The notes under the pieces are model-generated. The model searched no databases. It saw only the letters and a program-made list of their open reading frames with translations, and was not told the origin of the DNA. From Armatimonadota bacterium (GTDB lineage: Bacteria; Armatimonadota; Armatimonadia; Armatimonadales; Armatimonadaceae): a stretch of DNA of 64,000 nt. The stretch's first letter is position 1. The number at the start of each line of letters is the position of its first letter. Positions 53,203 to 63,598 of this stretch are shown in pieces. The stretch is from positions 26,575 through 90,574 of the forward strand of contig JANLTX010000011.1 in assembly GCA_031363095.1 (NCBI GenBank), read 5' to 3'. Position numbers and translations under genes: made by a program.

Positions 53203-56200
53203 TTACAGACGGTCCGCGAAGAGTGGTTGTTCCAGCGGATGCGTCGCGGACGCAGCCCCCATTCTCTGGGTGACCGTAGCGCGGCGCGGTGCCGCACTCG
53301 GAACCTTCACACTCCACGACGGCGTCGCGAAGTTCCCAAATCTCGGCTGCTCCGGCACACCGGGAAGTTGCACGAAGCGCAGACCGCCCGTCACCTCCAG
53401 AACCTCGCCCCGGAACTTGCCGTCCTCGAACAGACCCGATGGCCCACTTGCTGCGTTGGCGATGAGAATGTTCCCGTTCGGCAGACGCTGCGCCGACACC
53501 GGGTGGAACTTCGGTAGCTCCATTGGATCGATAGCATCGGCTGTGGGAGCGGCCTGGGAAACTCTCAGTCTATTGATCCGGTCGTAGTCGGCTTTGTTCA
53601 TGAACCAGGTTGCGACCAGAACTCCGCCCGCGTCTTTTTCCAGCTGGTAGACCCCGTTGGCGTCGCAGATCAGGTAGATCACCCGGATGCCGTTCGGTCC
53701 CGTCCCTCCGCGCAGGGTGAGCTGCTGGAAGAACGTCGGGCGGGTGACATGATACAGATAGTCCGCAGTCACTGTATCCGTAGCCCCTGTCATCGGATTC
53801 GTGATCTCCGTCCCGGCTTTGAACGTGAACGACTCGACGACCTGAGCGACCAGCCCGTTGGTGGCAGGCTCGTCCGTGGCGGGCACCAGCGGCCACGGAT
53901 AGCCCGACTGGATCGGGAAACCGCTCACAGGCCAGGCTCCCAGCGGCAGAACGGCTCCCGTCGTGGCGTTTCTCAGCACAAAGAGCGTGTTGAGAGGCCG
54001 GTAGTCGAGCTTGACTATCGAGCCGCCGGTGAAGTCCGCCGAGGCCGACCCACCCGACGCCGTGGCGTTGTCGATCACCGCGATGAGCTGCGGGATGCCC
54101 GAGACGTTCCCCTCGGTGACGTAGGTTCGCTGGACGCTCTTGAAGCTGAACTTGCGTCCCTGCTTCGAGTAGGTCTTGGACGACCACACGACGACTTTCT
54201 CGCCATTGGGCCGAATCCTGCCCTGATTGTCGCGGTAGTCCACGACCTCGATCACCCGGAAGTTGCCCGAGTCGGCGATCAGGTAGTGCTCTTCGTAGCC
54301 CTGCACCGGCAGGTTGAACGGGTCCGCCGGGTCGAAGGTCGGCTGGACATAGAGCTGGACATCCGTCGGGTTGTTGAGCGACTTCGGATCGGTCGGCTCT
54401 AAAACGTTGTACGGATCGTTGAGCCGGTTTATTTCCTGACGAATCGCGGCGGCACGCGTGGCCCGGACGATCCGTCCGTTGCCGGTGTCGGCGATGAGAT
54501 AGTCGTTGCTGGAGAGCCGCCGCGCGACACTGGGCCGGGTCAGGCCGCGCCGCTCCGTAACGGTCCGCGCCAGGTCCGGCGGGGGTGGCTGGGTGGGATC
54601 GAAGATCGGCTGTGCGCCGCCGACGGTCTTCGAGTCCACGGTTCCGTCCATCGCCCAGAGCGGCGTGCCGTCGCCGCCGACCTCGATGATGCGGTTGCTG
54701 TCGGCGATCAGCGTCGTCGAGTTCTCGTAGGCGAACGTCCCGCGCCAGTCTGTAGCGGGCGCTCCAGGAGACAGCGTGTTGGCGACCAGAATATCCGGGC
54801 CTGCCGTGATCGCCGCCACCGAAGGAACCGCGCCGTCGCCGAGCCGTTGCACCCAGCGGACATGGTTGACGGCCACGTTGATCGGGGTGCCACCGGGCAG
54901 ACGGGTCAGCGAGTCGAAGACATTGCGAACGGCCTCGCCCGCGCGGACATCCGGGTCGGTCGCCGCCGGGTCGCTGTCCACGGCGACAATGCCAGACTGC
55001 GTCGGAATGTAGATCATGTCGCCTACCCGGCTCGCGGCCCCGGTCGGAGTGACGGGCAGAGCGTAGTACCAGAGCAGCGGGTTGTAGTCCTGCGGCAGCG
55101 ACGCAGTGTCGGCCACATCGTTGACGCCATTGTTGATCGTCTGAAGCCGGGCCGACGGCGAGATGACCTCGGTGATCGGCTGGGTTCCGCCCTGCGGCGT
55201 GTACGACACGACGAAGCTCTGGCTGGACGAGAACCGCCCGCCCTGAGAGACCATGTTTCGGATCGTGATCCGCCCGGCGTCGGCGTCGCCATCGAGCACG
55301 GCGTTGGAGACATTGTTGTTGCCGTTGTTCGGGCTGAGCGTCGCCGTGATCGTCCGGACGGGGTTTGTGGCGTCGCCCGGATGGGTCATACCATTGGCCT
55401 GCGCGATCTGAACCGGCGCGTTCGGGTTGTACGGCTTGATGCGAAGCGTCACGTCGCGGTCGGCATCGAACGCCGCCAGAATCGTGAAGTTCCCGCCTGC
55501 CGTTCCCCGGAACAACTGGTAGGCCACTCCCGTTTCCGACGCGATGATCGGCGGGCCGACCGGCGTGACCTCAACAAACGGAACCACCGAGTTCTCTGGA
55601 AGAACGCCTGCACTGCTCCCTGGCCCCAGCGGACTGAAGCCGCTGAACGGGAAACGGAACGTCGCTCGCTCGATCACGGTGCGGGTCTGACCGTTGACCT
55701 CGAACTCCATCGGAACGGCGATGTTGCCGACGTTCTCCAGGACGGTAAACGACTGACGAAGCTTGGTCGCGCCGATGCCGAACTGCTCACGTGCTCCAAG
55801 AAAGACAGACTTGGTCTGACCCGATCCCGATGCGCCGGAGCTGGCGCGGGCGGCGAAGAACTGGATGTCGTCGGGGCCGAGTGCGGTGGTTTCCAGGCCA
55901 CCCATGTAGTCACTGATTAAAAGGGCAGGGCCGTTGCCGCTGGGCCGCGAGCCATCGCTGCCCGCCGCCAGACCCGGCGGGACGCCAGGGCCGGGACCGA
56001 CCGGGACATACAGCAGGTCGTAGTCCACCGAGACGATCAGCGGCGTTCCCGGCGGCGGCGGATTGTTCGCGCCGTCGCGCACCTGAACCAGGCCCGCGTC
56101 GGTAACCGCGTTATTGGTGTAGAGCAGACTCTCGATACCCGCTTCCATGTTGGCACGGTTGTCGTAGACCCGCGCCTTGGGACGAATGAAGTACGGCAGC

Positions 56201-58230
56201 GGGTTGGCGACCGTGTTGGCGACCCAGACCGCGTTGGCTCCGACCGCGACCCGCGTGTTGTAGTCGCCCGGTGCCGACGGATTCTCGATGACCTCGTGGC
56301 GGGTTCCCAGCCAGAACGGAAGTATTTTGGCGATATTGTTGCCGGTATTGCTGTCTTCGGTAATCACCGGAACATAGAGCATGATGTCGCTTGTGTTGCC
56401 GCCGGAGCGCGCACCGACGTTGCCCGAGTTGCGGTTCCCTCCCGACAGATCGTCGAGGCGAACCACGCCGAGCGTCGGTGAGCCGGTTGGCGTGACATCC
56501 TTGGGAGTGATGGCGACATCTATCGAAGTCCAGAGCGAGACCATCGCGTTGGCCTCAATGCAGCGCACGACGCCATCGGGCTGAACCACATAGACCCGGT
56601 TCTCATGGAACACCGGAGCGGGCGCAGGTCCCTTACTGTTATTTGGATCAGAGATAAGACTGGGGGGATCGCTGGCGAGTTTGCACTGCGTGTAGGTTGC
56701 CGGGCTTCCTTTGAGAATTACGGGGTTTCCGGCAGCGATATTGAGCGGCAGCGGGTTGCCTGCGTTGTCGGTGGGCAGCGCATCGAGCTTGATCAGCGAG
56801 CCGTCGCCCGTGGTCACGAAGATGTAGTCGCGGTACGAGCCGCCCCCCTGGAAGACCGTCCCGAGCACCGGGCTGGACGGCTGGCGATTCGACGGATTCG
56901 GGATCGGTGCGGAGCGCCAGACTTCGTCGTACGGAGCGCCGAACGCGAGGTCCGGGACGCCCTGATCGCCCCGATTGAACGAGGGCTTGGCGTTGTAGCA
57001 GCGCACCGTGAGCTGGCCGTTGCTGTCGATTCCAGAGACATAGACCCTGTCGCGAGCCACAAGCGGCGCACTGGCCGAGTTCACCTTCGCGTCGGTCGGA
57101 GTCCCGGCCTGGGTGAAATCAAACGCGGTCGTCAGCGGGGCGCGCAGGCTCTCCCCCGACGTTCCGACACGGCGGTTGTTCCGGCGATAGGTATTGTTGG
57201 CCGCGCCAAGCTGGGTCAGGTTGTAGAGAAAGAGCAGGTCTTCCTCGTGGGCACGCTCCAGCCGAGCGCCGCGCATATAGGCTCCCGAGTTCGGGCCGGA
57301 CGCGACGTTGTTATAGGTTCCGCCCACATAGTCGTTGATCGCGCAGCCCGTGTCTCCACAGGTAGCGACCACTGTCCCGGAGCCGTAGCTGGCCGTCGCG
57401 ATGTAGGGCAGACCGCCGCCCACCCCGAGGTTCCCGACGACATTGGTCAGGATGCTCGGGTTCGGAGCCTGCGAGACATCCATGCCCGTTACCGGATCGA
57501 TAGCTGCCAGAGCGCGGTCACGGTAGTCGGTGTACTCGCCCAGCAGCGCAATCTGTGGCAAGCTCAAGCGGTACGGCGCGTTGAGCAACGCATGGCCTGG
57601 CTGGAAGACAACCGGAGTGCCGCTTCCCACCGCGCCCCGGCTGCCCTGAAACTGAAGCTGCTCCAGAAAGAACGGCCCCTGGGCGCTCATCCGCATCCCG
57701 CCGCAGTCGTCGAGCCAGAGCAGGCCGCCCGCGTCCACTAACTTGCGCAGCTTCTCGCGGTCCGCCGGAGAGAACTTCAGAAGCCGGTGTGTCGTGAGTA
57801 GCAGCGCGTCGAACTGGATCAAATCAGCCACAGCGGTCTTGCTGAGCGAGACTTCCCAGTAGGCCGCCATGTCCTTGGTGATGTTCGCGCCAAGCTGGTA
57901 CGGATTGTTGGGGTCGCGTGCGGTCCAGCGCGTCAGAACGTCCTGAGTGACGGTGCGCGGGGCGAGCGGGTTGACGAACTCCCAGCCCAGCGGCTTGACA
58001 TCTTTTCGCTGGTCAGCGATCTGGAAGACGTACGGATCGGGGTTCTCCGGCCCGGCAGCCAGCGTCGTGGGAGTGCTGTTGTCGATGGTCGAATCGACCA
58101 GCAGAATCCCCACCCGCAGGGTTCGCTTGCCGCTGGCGTAGGTCACCGCATCGGCAGACGCGGCGCGTGGCAACGCGGTCAGCAGCATCGCTGCTACGAG
58201 CAAAGTCAGAGTTCGGAGCTTTTCACGCAT
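53203..58230 (-). CDS. Giant (1675 aa) secreted protein with NHL-like propeller repeats, function unknown
   Basis: Signal peptide MREKLRTLTLLVAAMLLTALPRAASA. The N-terminal segment FDALLLTTHRLLKFSPADREKLRKLVDAGGLLWLDDCGG resembles a GATase1-like/DUF4159 motif (from memory). NHL-like YLIADTGNGRIVRA and YLIADSGNFRVIEV. Confidence 0.8.
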   Translation of the reverse strand: MREKLRTLTLLVAAMLLTALPRAASADAVTYASGKRTLRVGILLVDSTIDNSTPTTLAAGPENPDPYVFQIADQRKDVKPLGWEFVNPLAPRTVTQDVLTRWTARDPNNPYQLGANITKDMAAYWEVSLSKTAVADLIQFDALLLTTHRLLKFSPADREKLRKLVDAGGLLWLDDCGGMRMSAQGPFFLEQLQFQGSRGAVGSGTPVVFQPGHALLNAPYRLSLPQIALLGEYTDYRDRALAAIDPVTGMDVSQAPNPSILTNVVGNLGVGGGLPYIATASYGSGTVVATCGDTGCAINDYVGGTYNNVASGPNSGAYMRGARLERAHEEDLLFLYNLTQLGAANNTYRRNNRRVGTSGESLRAPLTTAFDFTQAGTPTDAKVNSASAPLVARDRVYVSGIDSNGQLTVRCYNAKPSFNRGDQGVPDLAFGAPYDEVWRSAPIPNPSNRQPSSPVLGTVFQGGGSYRDYIFVTTGDGSLIKLDALPTDNAGNPLPLNIAAGNPVILKGSPATYTQCKLASDPPSLISDPNNSKGPAPAPVFHENRVYVVQPDGVVRCIEANAMVSLWTSIDVAITPKDVTPTGSPTLGVVRLDDLSGGNRNSGNVGARSGGNTSDIMLYVPVITEDSNTGNNIAKILPFWLGTRHEVIENPSAPGDYNTRVAVGANAVWVANTVANPLPYFIRPKARVYDNRANMEAGIESLLYTNNAVTDAGLVQVRDGANNPPPPGTPLIVSVDYDLLYVPVGPGPGVPPGLAAGSDGSRPSGNGPALLISDYMGGLETTALGPDDIQFFAARASSGASGSGQTKSVFLGAREQFGIGATKLRQSFTVLENVGNIAVPMEFEVNGQTRTVIERATFRFPFSGFSPLGPGSSAGVLPENSVVPFVEVTPVGPPIIASETGVAYQLFRGTAGGNFTILAAFDADRDVTLRIKPYNPNAPVQIAQANGMTHPGDATNPVRTITATLSPNNGNNNVSNAVLDGDADAGRITIRNMVSQGGRFSSSQSFVVSYTPQGGTQPITEVISPSARLQTINNGVNDVADTASLPQDYNPLLWYYALPVTPTGAASRVGDMIYIPTQSGIVAVDSDPAATDPDVRAGEAVRNVFDSLTRLPGGTPINVAVNHVRWVQRLGDGAVPSVAAITAGPDILVANTLSPGAPATDWRGTFAYENSTTLIADSNRIIEVGGDGTPLWAMDGTVDSKTVGGAQPIFDPTQPPPPDLARTVTERRGLTRPSVARRLSSNDYLIADTGNGRIVRATRAAAIRQEINRLNDPYNVLEPTDPKSLNNPTDVQLYVQPTFDPADPFNLPVQGYEEHYLIADSGNFRVIEVVDYRDNQGRIRPNGEKVVVWSSKTYSKQGRKFSFKSVQRTYVTEGNVSGIPQLIAVIDNATASGGSASADFTGGSIVKLDYRPLNTLFVLRNATTGAVLPLGAWPVSGFPIQSGYPWPLVPATDEPATNGLVAQVVESFTFKAGTEITNPMTGATDTVTADYLYHVTRPTFFQQLTLRGGTGPNGIRVIYLICDANGVYQLEKDAGGVLVATWFMNKADYDRINRLRVSQAAPTADAIDPMELPKFHPVSAQRLPNGNILIANAASGPSGLFEDGKFRGEVLEVTGGLRFVQLPGVPEQPRFGNFATPSWSVKVPSAAPRRATVTQRMGAASATHPLEQPLFADRL

Positions 58231-58245
58231 ATCCGTTGTTACTTC

Positions 58246-61200
58246 CTACCGCGTTCTCTCGCCGGAGTAGATCATTCCCGGCGCGACGGGCAACCGGGGG
58301 GCGGCGGGGAGCACCCGCCCATAGGTATCGGCTCGCAGAGGGCTGCCGTCCGCCGCGTAGGGCAGCAGGAGCCGGTCGTCGAACGAGTAGACGATCCCCG
58401 CGCCACGGTCCAGCGGCCCCGCCAGGCGGGGCGTCGGCACCGGAAGCGCCTCGCCGCTCAGCTGCGGCCCGTGCACCGTCGGGAGCGTCCCGAGGGCGTC
58501 GTTCTGCGCCGGGTAGCTCGGGGCGCTCGGCAAGCCCATCGAACCCTGGTAGCGCGGCACCCAGCCCCATTTTTCCAGCCATGCGCCTTGATCGCCGATC
58601 TCGGCGGGGAGATTCTCGCTGATCGCTCCGAAGAACGTCAGCCGAATGTCCTGCGGCTCGCCGTGGAACGGATAGCGCGGATGAATCCGTCCCCGGTCCG
58701 TGGGCAGCACCAGCGCGTTCTCACCGTCGCGCCGGAGCGTCGGGGTGACGGTCTGGGCGTCGCCGACCATGTAGCGCTGATACGTGTCGTTGGGGTTCGG
58801 GTTGAGCCACGGCCCCGGAATGATAAAGAACGAGCCTTCCTGAGCGTACATCAGGGCTTCGACGCGAACATCGAGCGGCGCGATCCCGAGGCGGCTGAAC
58901 ACGTAGTCCGAGGTCGAGTTGGGCCGATCATAGAGAATCTTGCCCCGGTTGTCCTGGCCCAGCGTCGCGGGGGCCGTGAACGGAACGCCGTTGTTCGGGA
59001 AGAGCGTAGCGCTCGGCACCTGGAACACATCGTTCTGCCAGGCTCCCGCGCCCGCCGATCCGTTGTTGACGCTGTAGCTCGGCGTGATTGGATTGTCTAT
59101 CCCCGGCCCGCTCTGGTTCATTGTCAGAATAATGTTCGCGCTGTCTGGCCCGGCCTTGTCGGGCGCGTGCCGGACAAAGAACCGCTGGCCGAAGCCCGGT
59201 GGAGCGACGATGTAGCCCGGCACGACGAAGTTAATAATTCGTCCGTTGGCGTCATAGACATCCACCGGCGCGTTGGCGAACTGGTAGGTGAACTGGCTCT
59301 GCGCCGGGTCTGCGTTCAGAAGCGCCGGGCCTTCCAGCGGCGCTATCGACGCAGGCGCTTGCCGAACGTCACCGGGCTTCAGGAACTGGGTCGTGTTGAC
59401 CGTGATGTACTCGCGAGCCAGCAGGGCAATCGTCGAGCGACCGCGCACCCGCGCGGCGTCCAGGCTGGCATCGTTCGCGTCGAGGTTGTCGCGCAGCAAG
59501 CTACCATCGACGTAGATCGTCCCGCCGGAGACAACGGTGAGATGACGCAGGAAGTAGGCGGCTGTCTCGGCATCTCGCCCTCCGATGACGCCCCGCACCC
59601 GGATGTTTCCTTCGGCGAAGATCGTGAAGTCGCCCTGGAACGCGTTGGCGCTGCCCGTGATCGGGTCGGCGGGGTAGCCTTCCCAGCGGAAGTCGCTTCC
59701 ATTGAGATCGAGCGCTGTCGGGGCGTTGAAGATCCCCTGCCAGGGCGCGTAGTCCGCTGCCCCGATATTGGCCTGCGGCCCACGCGAGTAGCGAAGGATC
59801 GTCTGCTGGTTGCCCAATCGGTTGCCGTTGCGCGGATCGCGGAACATGTAGGGCCGCTGCGCTTCGAGGGGCCGGGTGACCGTCCGCTCGATAATCATGT
59901 ACCGGGGCGTGAACGTGATCGTCACGCCGGGCGGCTCGTACTTGAAGCCCGTCAGCCAGTTGGTCGTCCCACCGGGCGTCAGCCAGTCCACGCGCGGCGA
60001 GTAGGCATCCGCCAGCGCCGACGAGGGTCGGTTGACCTCGCCGGTGTTGGAGAGATACATCCCCGCTCCCCAGCCGAGCGCTCCCGGAAAGTCGTTGCCC
60101 AGCGCCGTGATCGACCCGATGGGGTTCGCCAGCGTGTGGCGAGCGTCGAGCGGCGCGGCGTTCTGGGTGAGAGCGCGGTAGCGGGTCAAGTCAATGGTCG
60201 GAACCGACTGCCGCGCGACATGCCGCAGGTTCGCGCCGGGCGTCCCGACTCCTGCCGCGTTGTCGCGCACCAGCCCGCCGAGCAGGTTGAACGACGCCGA
60301 GCCGCTCGGAAAGACATTGGGATTCGCAGCGGGTGGAATCGAGCCGGTCGCGCCGATGTTGGTCACCCAGGTTCGTCCCGGATTGAGCTGAGCCTGAGTC
60401 TCTTCGGCATCATCGATAGGTGCCTGCGGCGTGTTGGGCAGAACTCCGGCGTTGTCGGCGACGTTCGCCAGCGAGATCAGCCCGGCCACTTCGAGGGCGT
60501 CGTTGCGGCGCGGGTCTAAAAACAGGTAGTTCGGGCCGTAGAACTTCAGCGGGGCGTTGGAGCGAATCGGGCCGTAGTAGACACTGGCGATGTCGCGCAG
60601 GCGCGGCTCGACGGCCTCGATACCCGTGTCGGGGCGAGCGGCGGGCGTTCCGAGCGGGGCGTCTTTTACCTGAAGAATCGAACCCAGCCCGGCGGTCGTC
60701 GGGCTGCCGTCTTTGTTCGTAATATAACGGACATATTCGTTCAGGCCAATCGACTTGTAGCCGAACTTGTCGTAGAGCAGTGCTTTGGACTGGCTGCGAG
60801 CGTAGGTCGTCGGGTCGCCCGTCACGACGATCCCTGCGCGGCCCACGGCCTCCAGCTTGATGTACTTCTTCGTCGGGTCTGCGGCAGTGCAGACGCCCTG
60901 CACGGGAGTCTCGCCGGAGCGGCAGACACGCTCACCGGCCTCGAAGCCCCCGCTTCGGTTCGCATCGTCCCAGAGATCGCCCGGCTGACTGCCCGCACCG
61001 GAGTAGGGCCGATACGGGAGATAGTTCACCCGGACCAGCGCACGCCCACCGAGGTTGCCCACAGTCGGGTCGTCGCCGCCGAAGTTGACGCGGGTGAAGC
61101 CGCACGGCTCCTCCGGGTCGATGATCGACGGATCGTTGCAGCCGCGCAGCCAGTCGAAGTCCGGGTCGTTGGGATCGATGGGACCGACCGCGATGTCGGG

Positions 61201-61449
61201 CCGGGGTCGCCAGTCCGCGCCTTCGGGCGACTCGGAGAGCTGCCGGTCCAGATACTCCAGGCCCGCCGTGGCGAACTTGGTCGAGGCCGTCTGCTTGGCA
61301 TTGGTGCGGGAGGCTCGCAGGTTGTTGATGACAATCGCGATAAAGATCCCGCCCAGAAAGAGCAAGAGAAAGAGCACGCTGATAGCAACCGTCAGCGACT
61401 GGGCGGCCTCGCGGCGACGTCGAACTTTGTGGATCATGGCTGGCGTCAT
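58246..61449 (-). CDS. Large (~1070 aa) PilX_N-like membrane-anchored pilus-associated protein
   Basis: N-terminal single hydrophobic helix LTVAISVLFLLLFLGGIFIAIVINNL followed by TASTKFATAGLEYLDRQL (PilX N-terminal-like). The start is uncertain (61449, 61482 or 61566). Confidence 0.7.
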   Translation of the reverse strand: MTPAMIHKVRRRREAAQSLTVAISVLFLLLFLGGIFIAIVINNLRASRTNAKQTASTKFATAGLEYLDRQLSESPEGADWRPRPDIAVGPIDPNDPDFDWLRGCNDPSIIDPEEPCGFTRVNFGGDDPTVGNLGGRALVRVNYLPYRPYSGAGSQPGDLWDDANRSGGFEAGERVCRSGETPVQGVCTAADPTKKYIKLEAVGRAGIVVTGDPTTYARSQSKALLYDKFGYKSIGLNEYVRYITNKDGSPTTAGLGSILQVKDAPLGTPAARPDTGIEAVEPRLRDIASVYYGPIRSNAPLKFYGPNYLFLDPRRNDALEVAGLISLANVADNAGVLPNTPQAPIDDAEETQAQLNPGRTWVTNIGATGSIPPAANPNVFPSGSASFNLLGGLVRDNAAGVGTPGANLRHVARQSVPTIDLTRYRALTQNAAPLDARHTLANPIGSITALGNDFPGALGWGAGMYLSNTGEVNRPSSALADAYSPRVDWLTPGGTTNWLTGFKYEPPGVTITFTPRYMIIERTVTRPLEAQRPYMFRDPRNGNRLGNQQTILRYSRGPQANIGAADYAPWQGIFNAPTALDLNGSDFRWEGYPADPITGSANAFQGDFTIFAEGNIRVRGVIGGRDAETAAYFLRHLTVVSGGTIYVDGSLLRDNLDANDASLDAARVRGRSTIALLAREYITVNTTQFLKPGDVRQAPASIAPLEGPALLNADPAQSQFTYQFANAPVDVYDANGRIINFVVPGYIVAPPGFGQRFFVRHAPDKAGPDSANIILTMNQSGPGIDNPITPSYSVNNGSAGAGAWQNDVFQVPSATLFPNNGVPFTAPATLGQDNRGKILYDRPNSTSDYVFSRLGIAPLDVRVEALMYAQEGSFFIIPGPWLNPNPNDTYQRYMVGDAQTVTPTLRRDGENALVLPTDRGRIHPRYPFHGEPQDIRLTFFGAISENLPAEIGDQGAWLEKWGWVPRYQGSMGLPSAPSYPAQNDALGTLPTVHGPQLSGEALPVPTPRLAGPLDRGAGIVYSFDDRLLLPYAADGSPLRADTYGRVLPAAPRLPVAPGMIYSGERTR

Positions 61450-61468
61450 TTCCTGAACTCTCTTCTCG

Positions 61469-63598
61469 TTAGCGGACAGCATTGCCCACACGAACCTTGT
61501 CGGAAAACTGAATCGTCTGCGGAACCGGGGCGTTTGAGTCGTGGACCCGCGCTCCGATCTGGACATTGAGCAGCGAGCGGGTCGAGTAGTCTAATTTCAC
61601 CACGTCGCCCTCCGGCTTGAAGTCTCCGGTGGCGGCACGCTGGTCGGCGGCGTTCAGCGGATAGCCCTGAGTGTCTCGGGCGAAGTTGTTCTGCCAAAGA
61701 TAGCTCACCCGAAGCTCGCGCGGCTGGGCCAGGCTCGCGGGCAAACCGGGCGTGTTGGGGTCAGGGAGCGCCGGGGTTCCGGCACCGAGCAGGCCGTTGC
61801 CGATGTCAATTTTCTCTCCGGCGTCGAACCAGATCAGGGCGCGGTTGGGCTGGAAGAACTGGCTCAGAACATAGTTGCGCTGACCGTTCACCGGCGCATA
61901 GGGCAGCGCTGCGTTCCCGGCAAGCCCGGCGAAGCTTTTTGCCAGAAGCGTGGTTCCCACGGTTTCGTTGATCCGGTTGTAAGGCAGAAGCTGCGCCGTG
62001 GCGGACATCGGCATCTCCGGCCCCAGCACCTGCTCGGTGCCCGGCGCGATCATCACGCCGCCTGCATCGAGCACCGCGCCCGTGCCGTCGGTGTTCCCGA
62101 AGACTCGGAGCGGCGAGGGAAAGCCCGCGCCCAGCCCTGCGATGGGAGTGAGGGTGTCGGCGTAGTAGCGCTCGGTCCCACCCGTCGCCGCCAGGAGATC
62201 GATCCCCCAGAGGCCCTGATCGGGGCGGACCCCGAGAGCGCCCGCACGCGAATCAAGCGTGTTGATGCGCAGCACGGTCGGGACCAGCTCGCCGAAGTTG
62301 GCATCCGGGTAGACGCTCGGGTTCATCGGGATCACTGCGCCGCCGCTTGCCGGAGCGAAGAGCGGAACGCCCCCGGTGGTTCCGGCGAGCGGCGGGAAGC
62401 CGGTCTCGACGCGGCCACGCAGGGCATCGACGGAGAACGTGAGCCGGGGCGTCTTGACGAAAATCTTGCCGCTGACTGCCGAGAGCGACGTGAAGACCTC
62501 GTTCTGGAGCGTCGCGAGCTTGCCGCTACTGCTTGCCAGTCGGACGCGCGGCCTCGCCGGGTTCACCGTATTATCCATCTCGACGACGAACTGGGCGCTT
62601 CCTTCATTCGTACCTGAGTTGCGGGTGGTGGAGCGGAAGAACGTGACGGTGAATGGAAGAGTCCACTGTCCGTGCTGCGCCGAGTAGAGCGTTGGGGGTG
62701 CGCCGGGCGTCTCCGCGTTGCCCGCCGTCAGCGAGCCGGGCGTCGCGGTGTCGCCGGGCACTGCCGACGGCGCGAAGTAGGCCAGCGTCTGGAACGGCAG
62801 GTCGGTGATCAGCTCGCGGCTGCTATCGCGTCGCCAGGCAAGCATGTCGAGGCGCGGCCCCGAGATCACCGCACTGACCTTGCGCTTCCAGTTCTCCGCG
62901 AACGGTCGTCCGTTGGGCGCGACGTTGGTATTGTAGAAGAAGTTCGGATCGTTGAACCGTCCCGCCAGCGTGGAATCCTCGCCAAGCGGCGTGGGAACGA
63001 TCAAGTCCGGATCGTCCATTTTAAACTCGGCGCGGTAGAGAAGCACGGGGTTGAAGTCGGTGTCTTCCCCGCGAAACTCGTAGCGGTTGCCATAGAGCTT
63101 GGCGTTGTCGGCCAGCCCCAAGAAGTTCCGCACGACGCGCGTCCCCGGCGCGAGCGGGAACGTGATGTGGTTCCCTGTCAGCGGCTTGCCGGTCGTCGGG
63201 TCGATGGTGCCGCCAGGAGTTCCCTGGCTGTCGGGCAGAATATAGTCGAGCTTTGCAAATAGAATTCGCGGACGGTTCGTCGGCCCCCCATCGAAGTTGA
63301 TCGTCCGGTTCAGCGGAATCACCACGGCGGTTGTCGTATTGTCGAAGACGAACGTTGCCTGAGACAGCTCGCGGCTGATCCGCTCGACGCCGTTTCGAGC
63401 GGCGTCCTGCGCCGTCGCCTGGCTCTGCACCCGGTTGGTGATCTGCTGGGCATAGAACAGCGGATAGAGCAGCAACCCCAGCAGGATCGTAGAGATCGCG
63501 ATCACCACCAGAAGCTCCACCAGCGTAAAGGCGCGTTTGGCCGCTCGTCGCATGCTTGTTCTTTCTATTCTCGAACTCATCGAACTCTTTGCACTCAT
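61469..63598 (-). CDS. Large (694-709 aa) prepilin-type N-terminal cleavage/methylation-domain protein
   Basis: MRRAAKRAFTLVELLVVIAISTILLGLLLYP (class III signal peptide with Glu+5, and Ala rather than Gly at -1). The M1 start forms ATGA with the upstream stop, and the classical short leader would start at 63553. Confidence 0.8.
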   Translation of the reverse strand: MSAKSSMSSRIERTSMRRAAKRAFTLVELLVVIAISTILLGLLLYPLFYAQQITNRVQSQATAQDAARNGVERISRELSQATFVFDNTTTAVVIPLNRTINFDGGPTNRPRILFAKLDYILPDSQGTPGGTIDPTTGKPLTGNHITFPLAPGTRVVRNFLGLADNAKLYGNRYEFRGEDTDFNPVLLYRAEFKMDDPDLIVPTPLGEDSTLAGRFNDPNFFYNTNVAPNGRPFAENWKRKVSAVISGPRLDMLAWRRDSSRELITDLPFQTLAYFAPSAVPGDTATPGSLTAGNAETPGAPPTLYSAQHGQWTLPFTVTFFRSTTRNSGTNEGSAQFVVEMDNTVNPARPRVRLASSSGKLATLQNEVFTSLSAVSGKIFVKTPRLTFSVDALRGRVETGFPPLAGTTGGVPLFAPASGGAVIPMNPSVYPDANFGELVPTVLRINTLDSRAGALGVRPDQGLWGIDLLAATGGTERYYADTLTPIAGLGAGFPSPLRVFGNTDGTGAVLDAGGVMIAPGTEQVLGPEMPMSATAQLLPYNRINETVGTTLLAKSFAGLAGNAALPYAPVNGQRNYVLSQFFQPNRALIWFDAGEKIDIGNGLLGAGTPALPDPNTPGLPASLAQPRELRVSYLWQNNFARDTQGYPLNAADQRAATGDFKPEGDVVKLDYSTRSLLNVQIGARVHDSNAPVPQTIQFSDKVRVGNAVR

